Source: Euglena gracilis (lineage: Eukaryota). From it: a DNA stretch of 64,000 bases. The notes beneath the pieces are model-generated. The model did no database searches and was not told where the DNA came from. It saw only the letters and a program-made list of their open reading frames with translations. The stretch is taken from assembly GCA_039621445.1 (NCBI GenBank), contig CP154954.1, positions 10,187,521-10,251,520 on the forward strand, written 5' to 3'. Below are positions 40,779 through 52,700 of this stretch, in pieces (the first letter of the stretch is position 1; each line of letters begins with the position of its first letter). The position numbers and the translations under genes are program-made.

Positions 40779-42657
40779 AACGGGAAACGTGGTCAACCCA
40801 CAACGGGTTGAGGAGGAGCCGGAGCTCGCCCGTTTTTCTCAGAACGGGTCTGTCTCCCCTGCTTTTTTCAGAGCAGGTCGGCCCCCACGGCTCGTGCCCC
40901 GCGGCAGAAGCAAGGTCAAGCTCACCGACGCGGCATTCAAGACAGCTGTGGTCTGGAGAGAAGGGCGCTGGGGGACTCCACTGATGAGGCCCACCCCCAG
41001 GCAGCCCGGGCCGAAACCACCGAAGTCCCAAGTGGAAGAAGAGAGAGCTACACGGGAAACCGTGGTCACCCCACAACGGGTGAGGAGGAGCCGGAGCTCG
41101 CCCGTTTTTCTCAGAACGGGTCTGTCTCCCCTGCTTTTTTCAGAGCAGGTCGGCCCCCACGGCTCGTGCTGTGCGGCAGAAGCAAGGTCAAGCTCACCGA
41201 CGCGGCATTCAAGACAGCTGTGGTCTGGAGAGAAGGGCGCTGGGGGACTCCACTGATGAGGCCCACCCCCAGGCAGCCCGGGCCGAAACCACCGAAGTCC
41301 CAAGTGGAAGAAGAGAGAGCTACACGGGAAACCGTGGTCACCCCACAACGGGTGAGGAGGAGCCGGAGCTCGCCCGTTTTTCTCAGAACGGGTCTGTCTC
41401 CCCTGCTTTTTTCAGAGCAGGTCGGCCCCCACGGCTCGTGCCCCGCGGCAGAAGCAAGGTCAAGCTCACCGACGCGGCATTCAAGACAGCTGTGGTCTGG
41501 AGAGAAGGGCGCTGGGGGACTCCACTGATGAGGCCCACCCCCAGGCAGCCCGGGCCGAAACCACCGAAGTCCCAAGTGGAAGAAGAGAGAGCTACACGGG
41601 AAACCGTGGTCACCCCACAACGGGTGAGGAGGAGCCGGAGCTCGCCCGTTTTTCTCAGAACGGGTCTGTCTCCCCTGCTTTTTTCAGAGCAGGTCGGCCC
41701 CCACGGCTCGTGCCCCGCGGCAGAAGCAAGGTCAAGCTCACCGACGCGGCATTCAAGACAGCTGTGGTCTGGAGAGAAGGGCGCTGGGGGACTCCACTGA
41801 TGAGGCCCACCCCCAGGCAGCCCGGGCCGAAACCACCGAAGTCCCAAGTGGAAGAAGAGAGAGCTACACGGGAAACCGTGGTCACCCCACAACGGGTGAG
41901 GAGGAGCCGGAGCTCGCCCGTTTTTCTCAGAACGGGTCTGTCTCCCCTGCTTTTTTCAGAGCAGGTCGGCCCCCACGGCTCGTGCCCCGCGGCAGAAGCA
42001 AGGTCAAGCTCACCGACGCGGCATTCAAGACAGCTGTGGTCTGGAGAGAAGGGCGCTGGGGGACTCCACTGATGAGGCCCACCCCCAGGCAGCCCGGGCC
42101 GAAACCACCGAAGTCCCAAGTGGAAGAAGAGAGAGCTACACGGGAAACCGTGGTCACCCCACAACGGGTGAGGAGGAGCCGGAGCTCGCCCGTTTTTCTC
42201 AGAACGGGTCTGTCTCCCCTGCTTTTTTCAGAGCAGGTCGGCCCCCACGGCTCGTGCCCCGCGGCAGAAGCAAGGTCAAGCTCACCGACGCGGCATTCAA
42301 GACAGCTGTGGTCTGGAGAGAAGGGCGCTGGGGGACTCCACTGATGAGGCCCACCCCCAGGCAGCCCGGGCCGAAACCACCGAAGTCCCAAGTGGAAGAA
42401 GAGAGAGCTACACGGGAAACCGTGGTCACCCCACAACGGGTGAGGAGGAGCCGGAGCTCGCCCGTTTTTCTCAGAACGGGTCTGTCTCCCCTGCTTTTTT
42501 CAGAGCAGGTCGGCCCCCACGGCTCGTGCCCCGCGGCAGAAGCAAGGTCAAGCTCACCGACGCGGCATTCAAGACAGCTGTGGTCTGGAGAGAAGGGCGC
42601 TGGGGGACTCCACTGATGAGGCCCACCCCCAGGCAGCCCGGGCCGAAACCACCGAAG
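40779..42657 (+). repeat. 272-bp tandem array, ~6.9 near-identical units, retrozyme-like
   Basis: Period of 272 confirmed by motif positions; each unit carries a hammerhead ribozyme. Confidence 0.95.
40948..41020 (+). ncRNA. Type III hammerhead ribozyme (first of 7; others start at 41220, 41492, 41764, 42036, 42308, 42580)
   Basis: GTGGTC cleavage strand, stem I TGGAG/CTCCA, core CTGATGA, stem II GGCCC/GGGCC, GAAACCAC closing stem III. Confidence 0.92.
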
Positions 42658-43427
42658 CCAAGCACGAGCGGCGCTGTCCGCGGAGACCACCCTAAACCAC
42701 CTCTGCCGGGCACGGAGACTGCCATCCTGCCCGTCATGCGGTACCAGAGACGAGGTGTACCACGCCGACGGGGCCCTGGGGTGTGGGGGCTCCCATTTTT
42801 CTGGAACACCTGGAAAAATGGACTGGCGAGACCCCCCCCCTCCCCCCCCCCCCCATGGGGGCTTGGGGGTCCTCCCGACTGGAACAAATTTTTCTTCCGG
42901 TAGCTGTGCGCGAGGTGGAAAATGAGGTTTTAATGTGTTTTTGGCTGATTTGGTCTAAAAACCCTAAAAAATGTCCAAAAATGGTCAGTTTTGGCGTTTC
43001 GGGGTGGGGTCCAATAATTTCGTGCCCGTCATGCGGGTACCAGAACGAGGTGTACCACGCCGACGGGGCCCTGGGGGGTGGGGGGCTCGCCGGCGGTGGC
43101 ATCCCCGGGCCCCCGGGCCCTGGCGCGGGGTCCGGGGGTGGCGTGAAAGGCGTGCGGAGCCCATGGGGGGAGCGCCGCCCCCCCAGCACGCACGCACGCA
43201 CGGGGACCGCCACACACCCACCAGCAGGCAAGGGAGGGGGGAGGGGGAAGGGGCAGCCCAGCGCGCCAGACAGACGGGCAGCCACCGGAGGACCGGAGGC
43301 CAAGGGAGGGGGGAGGGGGAAAGGGAAGGGGCAGCCCAGTGTGCCAGACAGACGGGCAGCCACCGGGGGACAGGAGGCCAAGGGAGGGGGGAGGGGGAAA
43401 GGGAAAGGCAAGGGAAACCCACGTGGT

Positions 43428-43565
<138 letters not shown>

Positions 43566-46063
43566 ACCAGGCTATTGCTTAAGGACCCCGGGGGTCCATG
43601 AGCTAGCCATTTTGCTGGACACTGGAAAAAATGGACTGGCGAGACCCCCCCCCCCCAGGGGGGGCGTTGGGGGTCCTCCCGACTGGAACAAATTTTCTTC
43701 CGGTGCTGTGCGCGGAGGTGGAAATGAGGTTTTAATGTGTTTTTGGCTGATTTTGGTCTAAAAACCCTAAAAATGGCCAAAAATGGGCAGTTTTGGCGTT
43801 TCGGGGGGGTCCAAATAAATTTCGGCGCTTCTAACATAGTAGTAATCCTGTGGTGCACCTTTGGGGTTGGCCATGGGCTTCGTAATACTTGCCCGCCTGT
43901 GTGCAGAAGGGGGGGGGCAATTGCACGGGGCTGCTGGATCAAACCGGCCGTCGACTTCTGCCCTCTTTCACGGACGTCTGTTTTCCGCCCTGCGCGTATG
44001 CCGCCCGCCCTCTTCCCCGCCGACTGCAGGGCGGCCCCCAGTCCCGCGCCGGCCGCCAACGCTGGGGCCCAGCCCCCCCACCCCCCCCCCCCCCCCCGCT
44101 GGCCGGCCGCCGCGGCGCCGGTCCCCCCGGAGGCCAGACCTCTCTGTTGCGGCCCGGGGTGCCCCCTAGGGGTGGTCCCCGGGGGGAGGGGGGGGGTGGG
44201 TGTGGGGGGGGCCGGCGGGGCCCCCCCCCCCCCCCCGGCTGCCTGGGGGGTCCCCCCAGGGGGGGTGGGATACTTTCGAGGCCGAAGGCGCCAATTTTTT
44301 TTGAAAAAGGTGCTATTTTTGGCATTTTCGCGATTTTTGGCCATTTTCGGGGGAAATGGAGTGGGTCCCCTGGGACCCCCCCTGGGTCCCCCCCAGGGGG
44401 TGGGTGGGGGGGGGGGACCCCCACCATCTTAAAAATGCCCCTGATTGCGGCCCCAGGGCTGTGCGGGAATCCTGCCATTATCAATGCCACCCCCCCTTGG
44501 GGGGTCTCTGCTTGGGTCGGGTTGAATTCGGTACTGTCATCAGTTGTCCCCCCCCCCCCAGGGGGAAACACCTGGGCTGCACGGGAAAGCCTGGTGGGAG
44601 GGTCATCCACCCAGGAGGTGGGGGGTCGGACCCACGACCCATAAGTTAGCCCAAGTGGCCAGCCCTCCCTCTGCAAAGTGCGGCTGAGAATTTTTTCAAA
44701 AAATGGTGGTTTGGGGGTCTTGGTGTTGGCGCGTTCTTTTTTTTGAGATGGTTGTTTGTGTGTTTGAAAGAGGTTTTTTTTTTGGCATTTGTGCAACGTG
44801 GGATTCCGAAGTCCAGCCTACCTTTGGCCCAGCATCCAGCAGCCGCCACCCTCCCCGTCCCCCCTGGGGAGCCAAACCAGCCCAAATCTCTAGCTCCAGC
44901 CCAGCAACCCCATGGTCTCAAAGAGATGTCCGCAGAGGACTGCCTCTACGCTGTACTTTCCACGGACACCTCAAAAAGCATTGCTGGAGGACTTCCCGAG
45001 CCCCATTAAGTGTGCACACTGAAAAGGTACCTGTTTGGATAGATGGGATTTCCCCTGCTGTTTTTTTCTTTTCCGGAAGTCGCCAATTTCTGCAACCGAC
45101 AAATGAGTTGACTAAGAGACGAAGACAGCTGCTATCGTTGTGGATGGGGAAGAGAGATAAGATTGGTTCCACAAATTTGGTGGCCAAAATGGTACAAATA
45201 CCTCCAGCAAAATCCTCACCGACCTATCACCATAGAACCTGTCACCTTTCTCTGTATTTTTATCGAAATTTCGACTTTTTCTCACCGAGAACGGATTTTG
45301 AAAGCGAAAAAGATGAGGGACCTCATTTTCAAGGGCTAGGTAGTGGACTTCCGCCTCAGCATCTATCTCTGTACTCGATGACCTGTCATCTAACAAATTC
45401 TTCTCAAAATTTGACACTTTCTCAGCAAGTGGAAATTTGAAGGGGAAAAGTTGGAAGAACGGGACCGCCACAAGCGCGGGGTCTACGACAAGCGTACCTC
45501 CCTTTTCGATGGGGAGGAAATCAACAAAAAAACTACACAGGTGGGGACCAAATAGAATCGCACCCCCTGCCGACCTGCCCCCGCCCCTCCAAATTAGGTC
45601 CCCATTCGTGAGGGAGACCAACTAGAGGGGCTGAGCGACTACCCTCCGTTCCACTTATTTTTGTGTGACATCATTCCACAGTTTTCGCGTGGTGAAAAAA
45701 ATGATTTTTTTTTGAGAACTATATCGGGGCTTAGTCGGGTGCCTACCCCACGGGGGGGGGTGCTAGGCAAGCATCCCATAGCACCCGATCCGACTCCCGA
45801 TACCCCGGGGGGTAGGGTTTTGGGGGGTGCCTGCCCCTAGCAGGCACCCCCCTCCGACCCTGGCGCCGGGGGTCCGGAAAAGGCCATTTTCAATGAAAAT
45901 TTTCTGGGTCCCCCCCCCCGCCCCCTATCCCCCCCGGGGGGGGGGGTGCCTGCTAGGGGCAGGCACCCTATAGCACCCACCCCCCTCCCCCCAGTTGGCA
46001 AGCACAAGCATGGTGTGTGTGTGTGTGTGTGTGTATGGGCGTTCATGTGCGTGCGTGTGCGCC

Positions 46064-46095
<32 letters not shown>

Positions 46096-46237
46096 TGTGT
46101 GTGTGTGCGTGTGTGCGTGTGTGTGTTTGTGTGTTTGCAGGGGGAGAGAATCCCCACTGGGCCCTCTCATTCAGCCCAAGCTCCGCCCCCTCGGTCCTTC
46201 GCTGTGCAGGCCCCTGGAGCCCCGGGCCCTCGGCGCG

Positions 46238-48880
46238 ATGGAGGAGGACGAGGACCTCTTCTCCATCAGCTCCAGCTCCTCGTGCTCCACCCGGTACGAC
46301 GACGGCTCCGTCCTGCAGTCCATCGGTGTGGTTGGGCCAGGGTCCTGGGTCAAGGGCATACAATTGCTTAACACCTGTCCCACCCCACCCCACCCCCCTG
46401 GGGGGTGACTGGGAACCACACCAACCACACAAGGTGAGTGTATGCCCCTACAGCGCTGGAATTACACCAGAGTTACTCACCCGGCCAGGCGGAGCAACAA
46501 AAGAGTACTGGTGTAAGGGGTCCCTGGCCACTCACCACACAGCAAACTGGGCCAGAAGCCAAGTTAGCGCCGGCCATAAACAGACAAGAAGCCTTCGTGC
46601 AACTAAGGGGGGTGACTGACTGGTTTTTTTCAGAGTGACTGACTGGTTTTCTGGCCAAGAACCCCCCCCCCCCGGGGGGTGGGGTAGGCTCGAAAAAGAA
46701 AAAGTGACTGGCCTGGCGCTGAAGGCGCCGGATTTTTTTTGGATTTTTTGAGACTTTTTGGCAAATGCTCATTGCCTCCTCCTCATCATTCAAGAATGGC
46801 CGATCCCCCCGGGGGGGGGGGGGACTGTGACTGACTGGTTTTTGGGAAAAGGATTGACTGGTTTTTTCAGAGTGGAAAGTGACCCCCCCTCCCCCTGGGA
46901 GGTCGCTATGCAACGGTATGGTCAAGGGTTCCATGAGTAAGGTGTCTGATTGGGGTTCAGGTTGGGGCTCCGCCAGACCCTAGACCACTCTTTCCTGTGC
47001 TCCATCACAATTTTGAAGTTTCTTCCATTGCTTCTTGTGGATAGTTTTCTGTGCCCCAAGGTTGGTTTTTTTGACTGATTTCTTGGCAATTTCTTTCAAA
47101 CTGAAAAGTTGTGCACCTGGGCGAAAAATTGCTTTATATGTGGCTGACCACCCCTGCATTAGGGAGTCCAGACCCTTCCCCACAATGTTTTTGTCAAACC
47201 CTGACAAGGAGCGTTCTGAGAAGCACTTGGTATCATGGATGAGAGGATGGCATACTTTTCGAGTTCAATATCATCTGTGCCACATGTTCCTCCTGTTCTC
47301 TTTGCAAGTGGCGTGAGAAACTACCTATAAAGGCAGTTTGGGTCAAAGACTATTATTGGGACAAGACACAGTAGAAAGGCAGTTTGCGCATTCTGCAGTT
47401 CACGGAAAGTCAACATTTTGTTAAGGAATACTTACTGGGAGCATTGGAGCTCTCATGCTCTTTTACCAGAAATACCACACAGCAAACAAGCAGTCACCCG
47501 GGGACAGTCAAAACTCCTGCATTTGCCCCTCGCCGCCCTCCTCAGGTCAGCTCGACGTTCCCCAGTGCGAAACGGTGCCGGGCAGCCTGCCCCCGGGCGT
47601 GCCATTCTCCCCTCCTCGCCATCCCCTGGCGGCCGAGGTCCCGGCGCGGAAGACCGCGGACGCGGCCACCCTCACCGACCTGCCGTCCACCATCGACAGC
47701 GCGACGCTGACCACGCGCAGGGCAGACCCTCGGCCCACAGATGCTTCCACATGGTCGCCAAGCCACGGACCCAGTCTCTGTGTGGGCGGGGTTTTGAGCG
47801 TGAGTGGGTGCGTTTGGGTTGTCGGATTCCCACTCCCCTGGTCCAGCTTGCTGGTGATCGGGGCAATAATGTTTTTTGAATGTTTTAGGGTGGATGAGTC
47901 CAGGTGCCGCCTCCCTGGGTCACCAGATGGAAAACCCCCTGGGCAGCAAGTGAATAGAAGTGAATACATGCCAAGTGAACTTGTGCTCTGAATGCTGGAC
48001 GCACATTTACAGGCTCCTCATCCCGTTTTGTGGAATTTTGAGTGGGTTATTGTGAAATAGTGTGCTAGAATAAAGCCCAGTGACGCCAGTGAGTGTTCTC
48101 GTCTCCTTTCGGCTGTGAAGATCTAATCAAAATTTGAACCAGGATTTTGGGCTTCATCCTGAGGTGGTGAATGGCGTACTTCACACAGCTCACCTGATTT
48201 TTAACTTTTTACTCCCAGTCCACAAAGTTTTTTTTTTTGCATTGCCTGCCCTCCCTTTTCGGCATGCTGGAAAAAAGAGCAGTCGATGTTTTTTGTTTCC
48301 AAGTTTCACGTGCGTGGGACTCCTGACCTCGCGCTGTCTGTGCCGGTGGCCTGCCTCTGGCAGCGCTGCCATGCGCCACGCTGCAGCGGACCACCTTTGT
48401 GCCGGTGCACGTCAGCCCCCCACCGCCACGCCGCCCCTACCGGCAGGTCGCCGTCGATTTGCGCGAGGGCCACACGGGCGAGGAGCTTACTCTGACTGAC
48501 AGTGTGCCCGTTCTTTGCATTCGATGTGGCCCCGATTGCATGCCCCCTCCAATATATGTGTGTTTGTGTATTTTTTCATGTGTTGTGTGTGTGTGCATGG
48601 ACACATAACACGTAACCATGTGTACACACAAAGGTATGCCACCCCAACAAAAATATATGTTGTGTGTGTTGCGTGTTGCGTGTTTGTGTTGTGTTGTGTT
48701 GTGTTGTGTTGTATTGTGTTGTGTTGTGTGTTGAGTGTGTTTCGGTATTGTTGCAGGCCTGGACTGTACGCTGCCGACAGACCTGAACACCACCGTGGAG
48801 TACCCACGGGTCGGGGCGGCCGCCCCCGCGCCGCCCGCGGAGCGCGTGGCCACCCGGGAGGTCGGGGCGGGACCCCCCTG
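46238..48880 (+). CDS. Exons of a low-complexity protein, either a separate gene or the N-terminus of the downstream GTPase
   Basis: [14 protein letters not shown]...LQSI joins [11 protein letters not shown]... (47546) across a phase-1 GT-AG intron; further exon-like segments near 48331-48500 and 48757-48860. Confidence 0.5.
46357..46920. mobile_element. CATAC-family MITE carrying a nested ~200-bp retroposon-like insert (46411-46608)
   Basis: Perfect 8-bp TSD GTCAAGGG; nested insert flanked by a GGGGTGACT duplication. Confidence 0.9.
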
Positions 48881-48984
48881 AGCGAGGCATCGACGTTGGC
48901 ACGGCCGGGATTCACCAACTGGTGAGGACCACAGGACCCCATCTCAAAATTGGATAAATGCTGCTGTTGCAGGCATGCAGAAGC

Positions 48985-49281
48985 CAGGTGTTTTTTTTTT
49001 AGTCGTGGACCCCTGGGGGGGAGAGGGGGGAGGGTGGATGGGTCCGGCCGAGCCCCCCCCCCCCCCCCGGGGGGGATTCCCCCCAGGGGGGAGTGGGTTA
49101 TACTTTTCGGCACCAAAGGCGCCGAAAATTTTTGAAAACAGTGCTATTTTTAGCATTTATGCGATTTTTTGGCCATTTTCGGGGAAAATTCAGTGTCCCC
49201 GGGACCCCCCTGGGGGGCCCCCCAGGGGGTGGGTGGGTGGGTGGGGGGGACCCCCTCCCCCCCGGTCTTAAAAAACCCCTG
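48985..49281. mobile_element. hAT-like MITE
   Basis: CAGG...CCTG ends; perfect 8-bp TSD GCAGAAGC. Confidence 0.9.
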
Positions 49282-49772
49282 GCAGAAGCCCTCGGGGCTC
49301 TCTGAAACTGTGCTGGGGCCAGGAAGTTCGCACCTCCCTTCCCCAGGGGGGGTATGGGCCAACAGGGGGAGGGGTCGGAAGACACACGGGGTCGGGCTTT
49401 GCGGTAGGTGGATATATGTAGCATCCCCTTGGGTGCCGACAATGGCCATGGGCAAGGATCAGTGGGCTGAATCGGCCGGCTTTTGAACCCCCACCGGGGG
49501 GGGTGCCTGCCCGGGGGGGTGTAAGGGGTCCCTGGCCACTCACCACACAGCAAGCTGGGCCGGAAGCGAAGTTAGCGCCGGCCATAAACAGACAAGAAGC
49601 CTTAGTGCAACTAAGGGGATGCCTGTTATGTTAGAGGGGCCTGTTATGTTAGGGGGGCCTGTTATGAGCAGGCACCCCACCCCACCCCACCCCTCCACCT
49701 TGGGGTTGGTGACCAGACGCCTGGGAGGGGCAGTCCGGACCTCCCTTTGCAGGGGGGGCCCGGCTGAGTTGC

Positions 49773-52700
49773 ATGGCCGGCCCAGCCGAGCCGGGGCCAG
49801 GCTGTAGTTTAGTCGGGTGCCGACCCCACCCCGGGGGGGGGGGGGGGGCCTGCCTGGGCAGGCACCCCAAGGCACTCCAAATCCGACCCCCGGGGGGAGG
49901 GGGCGGTAGTGGCTGCCTGGGCAGGCACTCACAGGCACTCCGGACCCCCCCCCCGAGGTTGGTAAAAAAACAGCCTGGCCGGGACCCTCCCACCAGCTGG
50001 ACAAGGATCGTCTGCAGCGCAGCCTCGATCGCTTGAAACAGGCCTTCCCCAAAAGCTCCACCAGACAGGTGCACCGCTTGGGTTAGCGCTGTGAGACTCT
50101 TTGTGGCTTCCCCACCTCTCTCTTTTGTTCTGAACAGGTGCTCTATTGTGTTCCCTGTTTTTTCCTCTGTTTCAATCTGCCTTTTATTTGAGTGAACTGT
50201 CCGTACTGGCAAGGGAGCCACAACTGGTGTCGAAATTTCCCAGCCAAGCTGTTCAAAACCACTCCAAGTCAACCATCCCCGCAGGTGAATTGTGTGCTGT
50301 TCGGCCGGCAAGGCAATGGCAAGTCCAGCCTCATCAACAGTATTTACCAGACTCTCACTGGCAGCTCTGCCCGTTTATGTGACGAGGTGGCGTCCCTCCT
50401 TGTCCAGCCTTGAGACACACACGCGCGCACGTACGCACACGCGCACGCACGCACGCATGCGTGCCCGCAAGCCACAGCTGTGTTGTTCAGTCAACAGTGC
50501 AATCTGATCAGAGTACATAGTTTAAAAAGATCTGAACCATTATTGAACAGTTCAAGTATACTCATCTGCTGCCTTTTTTGAGACAGATGATGAGCCCTGT
50601 CCATTACGGCATAGGCCAAAATTCGCGAGCAGAATATGAAAATTTTCAACAGTATGGGACGATTTCCAGGAATCAAGCCCACCCAAACAATATACAACGC
50701 TGTGTGCCCCAACTCAGCCCCCCCCCCCGGGTCTTCCCGGGGGGGGGTCAAAAAGAATCCTGGTTTGGACTTTCCAACGTGACAGGGGGTCCAGGTGGCA
50801 AATGAAAACAACTGACACCAGTCTGTGGTGTAAGATGTGGTTGGAAAGAGGTTTGCCGTAGCGGGGCCACTTGGGGCTTTTCTTGGTGGCGCCAATTGGT
50901 GGAGGGGCGTCTGGGGCCAGACCCCCCGGGGGGGGGGGCACCTGAGGCCCGAGGTATGGGTTTCGCACAAATCACCGAAAATTTTTTTGGGAAACGCCTC
51001 CAAATGACCCCATTTTTTTGGCGGGCTGACCTCTCTGTGGTCCCGGGCTTGGTGGATAGGTGCTCCCCCCCCCCCCCCCCGGGTCACAAAACAAAGTCTG
51101 GTCTCCACCAGGGCTCTCCGGGAGATTTTGGCCCCCCCGGCTTGTTGCCGCTGGCTGAATTCTCAGGTGATGGTTTCCTGCCCCACACCACGTCGCTCCG
51201 TTTCGGCGCTTCAACGTGGCAAATCTCGGCCAGGTGCCTTGTGGACTTCCTTCTCCAGGGCGCCGGGGACGCCTCCAAGACGGTCCGGTACGCGCTGTGC
51301 GACCTGCTCTGCCAGGAGGGCGCCGCCCCGCTCAACCTGTTCGACACCAAGGGACTGGCCGATGCCGGCCATGCTGCTGTTTGGCCGGGCTGTGTGTTGG
51401 GCGTTGCCGAGCCTGGCCAGTTGCTGCATTTCAACTATGACTTGGCTGGTGCATTTCAAGTATGACAGTCCGACACGGTAGATATTTATGTGTAATGGCA
51501 AGACGAAGACACACTGGCTGTGATAAATGGTCAAATTTAAAGTTGATTTCATGGAAGTATATATACATATATAGTATACATAGTATATATATATACTATA
51601 TATGTATACTATATATATACATATGTAGTATACATAGTATATATATATATATATATATATAGTATACATAGTACATATATATATAGTATACATAGTATAT
51701 ATATATATATATATAGTAGATATATAAGTATTTAGCTGCCCAATTTGCTGGTTTTGTCCCCAAACAACAATCCACCCCCCCCCCCATTATTAGCCCCGCG
51801 GGAGGAGGGCAAAACATGTTGGTGTTTTTTTTTTTGGATGGATGATAAAATTTTTCGCAGAAGTGTTTCATGTTGGGAAAAATGACAATTTCGGGAAATT
51901 TGGATGGTACACAAAAAAATTGGAATAAGGTAGCGAAAGCATTTGGAGGCCACCCAAAAAAGTTTTGTTTCCCCACAACAGTCATCAAAATTGCACACAA
52001 TGATGTGTGCCACTTATAACAAGGATTTGCCTTCAAACATCCTGACACATGAATAACTCATTAAACAAAGAAGGGGTGGTGGCCAACTTGTTCACGCCAT
52101 CCTCAGCCTGGAAAACAAAATGTGACCGATGAACAGAAGCATGCCACCGATGATGCTGCCACAAATAAATTGCTCTCCCGCATCCTGAGGGGGAAGTTCA
52201 AGCCCAATCACAGTATGAACAATCCCAAATGGTGTGTGGTGCGAATGTTGTAATTCCGTGTGGTGTGTGTGTGTATATGCGCATATGTGTGTAAGGTTGT
52301 GTGTGTGTGTGTGTGCCTGTTGGTAGATGTTGTACAACCCAAAACAGTGCCTCACCTCCCACTCTGTTATGTGTGTCCGACGTCATATGCAACCCCAGGG
52401 TTTAATATGGAAAGCTCAGGATTTGTTGGGAGGGTTCCTCCACCCCCCTCTTTGACCAGTGGACACCCAGACCAGCACACATCAATTGTTAAAGACACGC
52501 AAACGACAAGACGCTGGACATCCAGACCGGTATTCATCAGTTGCGGAAACACGCGGATAGCACGTCGCACTCGTCATGCACCGTGCCGCAGCTGTTCCAT
52601 TCGCGGCCGGTGTGCCGCAATGGGTTTGCCTCCCTCCCCCAGGTACGACGCGTACGTGGTGCCGCAAGTGCCTCTGAAGGTGGACGCCGTCGTGTACGTC

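Noticed and set aside
40779-42657. CRISPR array, or a second hammerhead on the minus strand
   Set aside because: No variable spacers; minus-strand CTGAGAA and CTGAAAA do not match CUGANGA
40567-42903. Repeated 120-209 aa ORFs in the 272-bp array, or a tandem exon array using a 35-nt GT-AG intron
   Set aside because: The period is not a multiple of 3, no domain is recognised, and the hammerhead explains the unit; splicing is not formally excluded
47715-48330. Possible third TSD-bearing intron (ACCACGCG/ACCTCGCG)
   Set aside because: Weak stem, and the join enters a frame that stops at 48499; left unresolved
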